From contig OZ037765.1 in assembly GCA_964035545.1 (NCBI GenBank), forward strand, positions 11,356,698 through 11,420,697: a stretch of DNA of 64,000 nt, read 5' to 3'. The notes under the pieces are model-generated. The model made no database searches. It was not told the DNA's origin and saw only the letters and a program-made list of their open reading frames with translations. This document shows positions 26,101 to 38,100 of this stretch, piece by piece; the first letter of the stretch is position 1; each line of letters opens with the position of its first letter. Source of the DNA: Bugula neritina. Its lineage: Eukaryota; Animalia; Bryozoa. The position numbers and the translations under genes are program-made.

Positions 26101-29100
26101 TTCACAAACAAGAAATTGGATATCTACTTGGTAAGATAAATCTCCATGTTTCAACGTGCTAGATAAATATAATAACATTTTCAATAATTTATACAGCATG
26201 TTTAGTTTGAAGTACACTAGCCTAGGATAAAGTGAAAAGATACCTCCATTATTGTCTCACCTTGGACATGTTATGATGTTCCACCGCCATTGAAATTACA
26301 TTGCAGAATATTATTATGGACACAGCTATGTCGAAGAACTTATTGACAACAATGTGGTACACCCATTTCCTTGCCTTGCCGTATTTTGCATGATAAGGTT
26401 CTTGATTCAACTCTGCCAATAATAAGTTTTTGTTGTTAAGACTATCAACTACCATGAACCAGGTAGCCTGTTGACTACGATTGCCAAACCTTGGCCTAAT
26501 GGTGTAGAGCTATGGTGCCCAAACACAATAATTGTTGATCAACATATAAGATACCTTTTCAAATAAACTTTTTACCTCAAAACAAAATTAAGTTGCTTAG
26601 GCAAATTGCAAGTCTAATAAAGAGAACTGATAAAAACCAACAGCATCATAACTGTAAATTTATACTAACTCATAGCCAACTCTAAAAATAAGAAAAAATA
26701 AAAACTACCCTCTACGTGAGAGTGACATTTAGAGTAGAGTTTGCTGAATATTCCAATGTGGTTGAAAATCATAGAACTTTCAGATAAAACTACAAAATAA
26801 TCTATTAAAAAATTGGCACTTTAGCTTACCATCACTAGATGCAAAGGAGTCGTCTGCACAATAAAACACATGCATAGTATTACTGTGCTTTTCATTATTT
26901 GAGTAGGTACTATACCACTGAATTCACACTTTTGGTTATATTTTAATATATTAGACATTATGTTTAAAAAGGAATTAGTATAGTGAAATAGAAAGAAATA
27001 AATTTGAACAAAGAAAAAATGCAAGTGCATACAAAGCCAGCCAAGCTTAGTCTGTAGAAATTTACATCCTCGAAACAGAAAAGATAGAATTATAGAAGCA
27101 AATGATAGTGATTTCACTCAATACTAAATCATAATGATGTAGTTACACACCGTCAGCTTTTGACTTTTTCTTTTTAGCTGTATTGGCTCCTTTTATTTCC
27201 TCCTCAAATTTAGCTATTTCAGCGGCTGATTGTAGCATTATAGCAGTTACATTAAGCGCTGTGTAGAAATTAAATAAAGGAGTGGTTTACAACATACAAT
27301 CAATAAATAACAATAGAGTTGATTCCGTAAGAAATAATGAAATAAAACCTCATAGACCACTGCCACACTGGATATATTTCCTGGTGAGAAAATTTCTTAA
27401 TGCTGTTTTATAATCACTCTATAATTTTAGCCAATATTTCTGACTTAATTTCATTCTCAAAATCAGTTGACGTAAATATATAAATATTTTAGATAAAAAA
27501 TAAAGTATTGACGTGTCTTGGAGTTAACCAATGGTACAGTGTATTTGTTCTCAAATCACTAACGAATACCACTGCGGAGGTCTATTGTTGAGAGTTTTAC
27601 AACATATAAAGCCTGTTAACACACAGTGAGTGCTGCACAAACAACACTGTAGCTCAGATTCACAGAACATCCAAAAGACTGATTATTCACAATTAAAAAG
27701 TATTAATCAAATAAAGATTGCTCAATCAAAACATGCAGTTGTTAGCCAACTCTTTACTAAATTAAAACAAAAAAATTACAGTAGATTTAAACTGTAGATA
27801 TGTTGTTCTTTTTATATCATAGTTTTATAACTTCTATTTCCTAAAACATTTATGTATTTTAAAAACATTATTGAAAGATTTTCTCTCTGCACTGTAAGCT
27901 ATCAACTATCATTTCAACAACCTTCATAATAAAAATGAATTCAAGCAAAATTCAAACTTAGAATATGGTGATAATTACATTGCAGTACATAAGTTTGTAA
28001 TACCAATATTCTTAATACCTCCATTTCCACCTATTGAACTTTTGCATAAAAAACAACTATCAAAAGGCTGTGAAAGTTAAACTTTTTTGAGCGTTACAAA
28101 AAATAAGCTATTTTACAAACATATGCTTAAAAATAGACTCACTTGTTAATTTTTTCGTGAGTTTCTTTTGCCTTCTCTTCTCTCGTTTTTCTTTCTCTTC
28201 CTTTTCATGAGCCTCTCTGCAGCGATGGAAGTTCTCCACAACCACACCCACAAACATGTTGAGCACAAAGAAACCCACCAGCAACAGGAATGATATGAAA
28301 AACAGCAATCTCCATTCCTTGTAATTTTCAATAGGCTAAAATAACAGGTCATTCAAGTGTGTTAAATAATAAACATAGATACAAAAAAATGAGCAATAAA
28401 GTTGTTATCAAGTAATTAGGATATGTTGAGGGTTTTAGTTAAAAATGGCACAGGTAATACTGGCACAGGTAAAAATGGCACAGCTAAAAATGGCACAGCT
28501 AAAAATGGCGCATGTAATAATGGCACAGGTAATAATGGCCCAAATGGAAAAGTAGGTAAAAATGACACACTGATGTTAAATTTTCCCAAACTCACACCTT
28601 AAACTCAAACCCCCACCTCCAAACTTAAACCCCCATCTCCAAGCTTAAACCCCCACCACAAACGCAAGCACCCAACCCTCCCCCCGCCCCAATATTGAAA
28701 ATGTGACACTTTTACCTACTTCTTCATTTGTGCCATTATTACCTGTGCCATTATTACCTGTGCCATTATTACCTGTGCCATTATTACCTGTGCCATTATT
28801 ACTGTGTCATTTTACCTGGCACCATGTTGAGGATTAAGATTAAATGAAAAATATGATTTGATCTATTACTAAGTTTTACAATCTTAATTTCAATAAATTA
28901 AAAACAGCTTATAATTTTTGATGAATAAAAATTTTTTCTGTTAAAATATTTCATTTCTCAATACCAAAAGATAGATTTTTCTTAGTAGCAACTTATATTT
29001 AGTTATCAGACAGAAATCTAATAGGCCATAGTTAGGAAGCAAAAGACAATCAAAGCAAGTTTGTATTTCAAATTGTTAGAAATATTTGTGCTTATAGTTA

Positions 29101-32100
29101 ATAATGCAAAAACTAGCAATTTTGCTGACATGTGCACATGTCAAAAAAATTGCTTGGCATGTTAAAAGTATATTTTTCCATGGAAAAATATACTTTTAAC
29201 ATGCCAAGCAATTTTTCTACATTTTTTGTACTTAGAAATGATATATGACAAAAATAACTTATAGCATTTTAAACTACTGAAAATAACCAAAAGTACTATA
29301 TACATCATAAGGTACATACATACATGTATACCCTACTTACAGTACTTAAAAATATTATGCTAAAAATAATTCACCTGCAAATCTATTCCCACCGCATCTA
29401 AACCTTGATACATGATCATCACCCATCCATCTTTAGATGCCAAGACGAATAGTGATATTAAAGCATTCCCCAAGTTATCAAAGTTGTATCGGTGGTTTGT
29501 CCATTCATATCCTCTATCCAAACAGTCTGCTTTGGTCACTACCCCTTTCACATCTTCACCATCACAGTAATGGAATATTCCTCGGAAAAGCTAACCAATA
29601 AAGATATCTTAGAGTTTTAAATTTTATTACAACTACGGCATTTTTTAGCAAAATAACGATTGCATATATGTGTTACGTACAATAAGCTCTACCAAACCTC
29701 ACTGGCCTCAAATCAGTTTTCAAGAGGTGATTAAAAACAGCTTATTACTGTAATGCATTTTCTTTTACAAAAAAGTACAGAAAATGAGCAGGGAGAGAAC
29801 AGTTGTTAGCATGGCAATGTTTATAACATTCTCTCACCTGAACCCCAAGAATTCCAAAGATCAAGAAGAAAGTCAGGCAGATGAGAACAATGTTACCAAT
29901 TGGCCGTAGCGAAGAGAGCAGAGTTTCTACTACTAGCTTCAGTCCAGGAGCTCTGCTAATCACCCTGAAACACATGTTTGACTCAGTAAATAAGACACGT
30001 TTCTTAGACTTCAAAATTATTTGGTGTTCAGATGCAAATGCTTTTTAACAGTAAGCATTTATTTAAAGTTGCATCCAATAAACAGAGATAACATATCATG
30101 CATTATGTTTAAGATATATAGCACATCTCACTTTCAAATTAATTTTTAGCAATACAATAAATGCACTGTTGAAGTAAAATCCTAGCAGTTTATTTTTATG
30201 TGGTGTTGAATTTAGTAAACAGGGAGCAGCCGTGGTCTAGGGGTTAGAGCGTTTGCCTATTAAGCACGAAGTCATGGGTTCGAGCCCGGACAAAGGCCAT
30301 TGGTGATGTTAGGAAGAGCATCCAGTCATAATTGCTCTTGTGCCTCATCTCATTAAGTCCTTAGCCCGATTTAACAAAAACCCCCTTTTTCAGGGGTTTT
30401 CTCACAGGGATAGTGACTATAAACTTGTGTGATTTATTGAGTTTAGTAAATGTAGTACTGCTAGTTCACAGTATTTATTCAATTTAGTTTGTACAATAGA
30501 GCAGCATTCGTGAGTAGTGCGTCAGACTGTAACCCTAGTTATTATTAGACACCATTATCTCCACTTTATCATTCTTCTAAATATTTGCTTGCCATTAACT
30601 ATTGATAATTATTTCCTAATTTTGACATAAAATTGATTTGTGAACACAGCAAAAAATTTAAAAATGCCAAAAATTTTAATATTTTTGCCAAATTGAGATT
30701 TTTAATTTATTTTTTAGCAGGTGAAAAGTTGGTAGATCATGTTGAGTCCGAGAAGAGAGAGAAACTAACATTGCAAATAATACTTGAGAAACTAAAACTG
30801 CAGGTAATACCTGAGTGGACGGAGGGCTCTGAGTAATCTTAGCACTCGCAACACGCCAAATATCTTAGGACTCTCAGCGTTAGAGAATGTTATACTGGCA
30901 TCTATGACAGAGACGAGAACTAGAAATCCATCATTGATGTTCCAGCCATCTTTCAAGTACGTGTCTGCACCAATAATCAGTCCTTTAGCCGAGATCTGAA
31001 ATTATTCATTTCATACACTGAAATCTGAAATTGTACAATGACTTTGATAGAATTTTCAGATGAATTGAAAAACACATATACCTAACATTAAAGTTTGAGC
31101 ATTTTAAATAAATTAATGTCATTTTCTAGTTTAAGAACTTATTGTATGCAAAAAATAATGAAATTTAATTTCAAATACAAATAACAAAACTGTGCTTAAA
31201 TTATAAAACTCAAAATTTTGCCAAGACAAGGCTACAGCCAATCTATTGCCTATTTTTGAATTTGCATGCTTTTGAAATTGTAATAAAAACATTCAACTTT
31301 TACTTTAAGTTAGATTTCATTAAAATAGAAAGCCTTATTTTGTTACCAAGATAGTAGACATCAAGAAATTACATATTTTATAATGGATTACAAAAAATTG
31401 CTAAAAAATATTCTGGAACCTAAAATAATAATACTGAATAATCTGTAATATCAAACTTTTAAAAAATACACGAGTACCTGATGTTGAGCATCTATTCCAG
31501 TGATTTGGACAAATAATAACAAACCTTTATCAACATCTCCAGGAGAAATAGGAGAGTGAAAACGTAGTTGGCAATGGTTAGAACCTCTCGCTCCTACAAC
31601 ATTGAACAGGATTTTTAGTACATTTCTTAATACAAAAGTGCTAGTAATTTTAGTAAACATAATATGTATATAAAATGCTGTGCAACATATCTGTATTACA
31701 TAAACCAATTGTAATGCTTACTCATACCATTTTGTTCAAGATCTGATCACTAGAAAGCTATTAAATAAAAAAACTCAAATAGGCAAGAGTAATTTTGCTC
31801 AATGATTACAGCGCACACACAGTTGGTAACGGCAAAATGAGATAGAAATTTTGTGCATTGTCATCAGCAAAATCAACTCAACAGTTTTGTATTTTTCAAC
31901 AAAATATACTTACTACACTATCTTGAGGTATACTTGGTCTCTCAACAGCAAGCCCTATGCAGTTCAGACCAATCAACACGAGTATGCAATAGTCAAACCA
32001 TTTTCTAGATGACAGCCATTTACAGAATCTTCTATAACGGTTATTAGGAGATAATACATATAATGAGTAGTTTTCCCTCGTTTGTAGACATCCTCTTGGT

Positions 32101-35100
32101 CTGCATGCATGTCCTAGTTTCTACAATTTACATTTTCAATTAAATTCCATGGCAGAATGCAAACTTATATATTTTGGATGCTTACAAAATTTTGTATGCC
32201 TAAAGTCACTGATATTAAATATCACCGAGATCAGAAATCTTCATTAAGTAAAGTTTGAAAAACGATTTTATAGATCAAATGTAGAAACCAAAAGGCTTCA
32301 ATTTGAAGATGAAGTAACTCTATTCAAATTTATTGCGACGGTAGACTTCTATTACTTAGATATAAGGATACCTACAACAAATTTCACATTACAATTTACC
32401 TGGAAAAATGATCGGTCTTTACTTTGACACGTTTCATCGGTTTTAGTATCTGATTTTTGCTGGTCCGAATACGGGAATTGTTTTTCCTTGTCATTAACTA
32501 AACGCATTAAAAATACAGGTTAAAACTTTTTAAATAATAGTAAACGTAATAGTCACAGGCTTAGAAGTACAACACTAATTTTATTTAGTTTTTTTGTTAA
32601 ATGATGTTAATAAGATTGGGTTGGCAATATAACTACCTTCTAAATAGCTAGCAAAGCCCATAACACTATTACAATTTAATAAACATTTTGTAACACTAAA
32701 AGACAAGTTTTATTAAACCTACCATTTACACAGTTGTACAATGAGCCATTGCTGATTTTTGACTGATGTTTCTTTGAGTCACAAGCCAATTCCTCATTCT
32801 CTCTTATATCTATGCTAGAAGTTGAAAATGTTTGAATTTTGTCTTTTGGTCGTTGTATAGTTAGTAATGGCGAGCTTTCACCATGTTTTTGAGAGTTGCC
32901 ATTCATTTGGACAAAAGGAGGGTGGAGCATTGCATTACCATTGCAGTTTTTATTAACCTCAGGTAGAGAAATAGGTTCAGGTATCTGGACAGATAACTGA
33001 GTCCATGACTTATGTTTCGGTTCTTCTAGCTGATCGTTTAACGAGCTACAGACTTGACTTTCGGTGGTGATGGGCACTTCTGGCAGCGATGATGTCATTG
33101 GCTGTCTCCCAGGTACTTGCAGCAAATCAAAATTTTTAATTGAACCATTTCTACTTCTACTGTCAGCACTGCTTATCGTCAGCCTGCACAGATCAGTTGT
33201 GTCTACTTCGTCATCTGAGGAGGACAACTCCATTAAACTAACTTTATCTTCCGACTTTGGTTTTCGACTGCTACTACTATTCTTTCTAACAAATCTTGGT
33301 GAGCTGCTGTTAGAATGTCTATTGCCTGGTGACATGTTTTTCCCATTCTAAAAAAAATGCAAGCAAAATATCATGCAAAAATTTAAAAAAAAGTTAGCGG
33401 TTGACAGATGAGTAAATAAGTAAACATTCCACTTAATATAAAACGTTATTAAATTTACACAAATAAATTAAATTATAACTTTTTAAAACATTAGAATTAC
33501 CTCTATACTGAGATTGTCTTGTTCATGCATCGATTGAAAATGAGATGACAAAATAACCTCAGATTTAGGAGAGCCTCTAGGGGTGGCTGCGGTATGTGTT
33601 ATTATAGGTGGCATCTTTAGCTTAAGCTCTTTGCTATGAACATCTGCGTGGTCTGTGATTATAGATGGGAGAATTCCTCCAGTTTCTAGATTATTGAAAA
33701 AATAAAACAAAGAGTAATAAATTACTAGCACTAGCTTTTGATTTGTCAAAGTCACTGCAGTGCAATAGCTGGGAAGCCAATCATAACTTATTTTAACAAT
33801 AAACGCCAATGGCGGTGGCTTTATAGATTATTGATTATTGGAGTAGCTTAGAACTTACATCGCTATTTTTTATTTTCAATTCATATCATAGCTAACTGTT
33901 CATTACTAATCAATGGGTTACACAGTTAGCTAGTCAATGAAGTATGATAAATCAAAGTTTTTTGTTATTGAGAAATTTCATTTCTTTCTCTTACAGTTCA
34001 GATAATACACAATGCTTATTCCAACTCCTGCCCCTTCAATTCCAATTTCCATATACAAAGTTGTGTAGACTCTCTCTATGCATTGAGGCTAGATAGCTTT
34101 GCAGTTGCTTCATGCATAACAATGTAGAGAATGTATGTCCATATTAATGCTAGTTTATCCAACAACCCAAGATTCAAGGAAAAGTCAAATAAGCAAGCTT
34201 ATTGGAGCCGGTATTATACTTAGTATTATTTTTAATAATATTAATATTATCATTATTACTTAGGCTACTAACAAATTGCAACAAATAGAGCACAACTCTT
34301 CAACTACCGCAATATGACGCTGAGCCAGGTCTACTAGATCAGCAGTGACATTGAGACAGTGTAGTTCCTTTATCAAACAAGAGCTGTTAGTAAATGCGAG
34401 AGAGAGAACTCTCTGTTAATCGACAGAGAAAGTCACCTTACCTGTTACAACAGGCTTCTCTGTCGGCTCATCTCCTGTTTTCTCTATTTTAGCATTGACA
34501 GTTTTAGCAGCTAAGTGAGCAGTTTGGCCTCTCTAAAAGAATAATTTAAGGAAAAATAATGCAAAATTAAACAAAGCAGATAAGAAAAACAATATTAAAT
34601 GTCATGTTTTAATAAAAATAAAACAAAATAACTCACTGTTTGGTAAAAATTTTTTAAAGAAAACTGGTGATAAGCAAATAATTTGTTATAAAGCTTTATA
34701 ACTTGCAAAGCTAACCCTACTTTAATTATTCTATAATAAGTTTTCCAGCAAAAGCAGCAAAGTGGCGAAATAATAATCAATAAGCAAAAATCTTTCACTC
34801 GATTCAAACCTGATACAGGAACTTGTTTATACTCTTAAAAAAAAGGTATTCAAAAATGTATTTTACAAACGTAATATTATAATAATAAATAATATTATTA
34901 AAACAGCAATTTTAATGTGGGTTAGCAGTATAAAGTTTGCCAGTTAATATTACATTCAATGCTGCATACATTAGCAACTAGCAGAAGTTACTCAGAAAGT
35001 AGAAAGCGTTGAAAAACAGTTTTCTATATGAACATTCAAAGCCTTGCATATGAAGCCACATACATACAAGCAGGAGAAGGTATGAAGAATAGCAGAAGCA

Positions 35101-38100
35101 AAGGAATTGGTACAACAGGACAGGTCTTCAAAGATGTTTGCAATTTTCAGAACAGAAAGCTCTTGGATCATCACAGTTTTTCAATGGCCATAGTTAGCAT
35201 AGTCTAACTACATGCATCGTTATGAGTACACTTACATCACGGTCAATGTATACAGATTTGTGTGCTGCATCAGCACGTAACAGTATTGAACAACTACAGG
35301 TATAAGATTTGCCACATATTTGGCATGGACCCTCCAGCTGCAAAGATTATAAATAATGGAAATGAATTAGTGGGGGAGGTATTTAGTAGGTGACTGTTAT
35401 ACAACACTGGGGTTTATGAATTTTAGGGTTGCTAGCAGGAAAACCAAAAAATATTCTTGAATTTTAATAAATGCTCTATTATGATGTAGAAATCAGTTAA
35501 CACAAGAACTTCAAGTAGCATGCAAAATCATTCCAAATCAAATTAGATGCTCAATTAATAATAAACTATGTAAACCAGCAACACTATGAGCAAATGCTGT
35601 GCAATTAAAACTACACTTAATATGCTAAGATTTAACATTAAACTTCAAAAGTAATGAAATAAATAAATTTTATGGAATGATTTTTTTCAATTACTATATT
35701 AGCATAAGTGGCTATAAGCAATATTAAAGTTCAGTTAAAGTTTATTATTGATCATAAAATAGATTTTACTTGAAAGAAATGGATATTTTCAACTGATAGC
35801 AAAGAAGTTTGATTTTAATTTTTCAACAATTGTTATTAATGTTTAGATTATCCTAATGTTAGAGGCTATATTGGTATCATCTATTTTAGTGCTGAAAATT
35901 GCAAATGAAATACAACTTTGTTTCAATACAAATAGATTGCTAAAACCTAAAAAAATTCTTTTTATTAATGTCACAATTGGAACTTTGCTTTAAAAATGAT
36001 GGAAGTAGAAAAAAGGGTTAGTCGGGTGAAAACTGGTAATGAGCAAGGTTTTTTATAACCAACAAAGTTTAAATTGTAGCGACTTGAGGCATATAATATG
36101 AAGGAGAAAAAAGAGAAATACATAAAGAGGCACATAAAGGTGCCTGGGTATATTTGAGGGTATATAAGAATACCTGAAGATGCGTGTAAGTGAGGGTACA
36201 TGAGAATATTTAAAGGTATTTAATGCTTATGTATGAGTTTGTGGTTAAAATCTAGAGAAATGTTACATGGAATATGTTACTTTAGAGCATGATATGTAAA
36301 ATGCCAGTTCTAGCAATATACCATCTACCCAATAGAATGCATTCACCGGTCAAGTAAGTTTTGGTTAGTGTTAGAGCACCAGCTTATCAAAGTTGAGTCT
36401 TCAATAAACTGAAAGCAGCATTACTTACATCCTTACTCATTTTTTCAACTCGTTTTCGAAGAAAATTGTTTAATTTCTTTTTTGACTAAAACATGATTGT
36501 AGAACAAACCAAATTAAATAACAATATTGCTGATGAAAGCATATTATAATATACACTAAACATAGACAATTTAATATGATGGAGTTACGAACAACATGAG
36601 GTAATATTGACTTGGAAGTGTATTAATAGCAGCTTAGAAATGGCGGAACTGGTAAATAATACATACCACCGATGAAAAACCTTCTACTAGTATAGCCACT
36701 AGCAAGTTAAAAAGCACATAATTTCCAATAGTCATAAGTGCAACAAAGTACAGAGCTGCCCAAGGAGATGTCTTAGCCATTCCATCATACATAATAATAT
36801 TCCAATCTTCTTGTGTCAATATCTGAGACAAAAAGAAAAAAATTAGTATTATAATATTATGGTTAATGACCTGAAATATTTGAGCCAATAATAGATTTAA
36901 TTTACAAAAGAAATAAAAAATGAACCACTGTTTGATATATTAGTTGAATGATTTACAAACAGATAAATCGAAGAATAATATTGTTATTTTGTATATTGGT
37001 ATCTAACAAACTAATGAAAAAGCTGTTAACCTACTGAAAAAAAAAGTTTACAAAAATTAAAATACACAAATATGTTTAAAAATGCTGGAGCACAAAGTAT
37101 TTGTTCTTGTCATATAGTAACAGAGCACATCTTGAAGAAAAGTGAAACCAATTAATGAGCATGTTTTAATAAGCTTACCCAACACCAGATATCTACAGCT
37201 CCTAATGTTTTTACTCAACATTAAAATGATGTAACACTTTTACTTATATGCCTATATTTTTCATGTAATTCATAAAATTCATCTAGTTAAGATGCTATTA
37301 TAATCAGAAACCTGAAATACTGTGATGAGAGACCAAAGAAGAGAGTCAAAGTTTCTTCTGCTACAATACGTTGTCCCATCTTCTTGCTCCTCACAGAAAA
37401 GACAGCCAAAAAGATTCATACCAAGTACACTGTAAAACCCATGTAAGTTAGTAAAACTATGTCATATATAGAATACATAACATATTTTAGAAATTGTATA
37501 TTAAAGACACACATGTATTTCAATCTTTTAATTTTAGTAAAAGAGTGTGCATAAAGCGTATTCATATGTTGTTCACTGTAGGACTTTGTGTCTGTGACTA
37601 AGTGTATGAATGACTGTGACTGAATGTATGAATAACTGTGACTGAGTGTATATATGACTGTGACTGAGTGTATAAGTGACTGTGACTGAGTGTATAAATG
37701 ACTGTGAATAAATATCGAGATCTCAATCAAAAACCCTGATATACAAACCTGAAAATGAACATGAAGAGTATGAGAAGGCCAAAGAATGACGCCACATTGT
37801 CCAGAGTTCTAACCATCACAATGAATTGTTGCTGGAGAGCTGGCAAAAACCGGATAAGTTTAAGAATTCTTAGAAGACGGAACGTTCGTAAGACGGATAA
37901 ACCACTGTTTTCTCCCATACCGATTTCCACAAAACTGTAAATAAAAATGAAAATAGGTCTTCAATTAAAACTAAATAGAATTAAACCTAGTAAAAAGGAA
38001 AATGTTGAACATATAAAAGCCTCTAACAGATATAGTACTAGTAGAAGCCACTGACCTTAAAATGACAATAATTCCATCAAATACATTGAAAATATCTTTA

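Noticed and set aside
30222-30295. tRNA gene
   Set aside because: No acceptor-stem closure; continues into a repeated body with TSD, so it is a SINE head
33064-33351. Plus-strand ORFs antisense to Cav3/CaMKII exons (also 3485, 3838, 37755, 44695, 52775)
   Set aside because: Shadow frames of coding exons
36860-36930. LLAQIFQ|GT resembling the end of a decayed exon 12b
   Set aside because: No NFDS, Cys or SxLGM remnant upstream; AT-rich intron sequence
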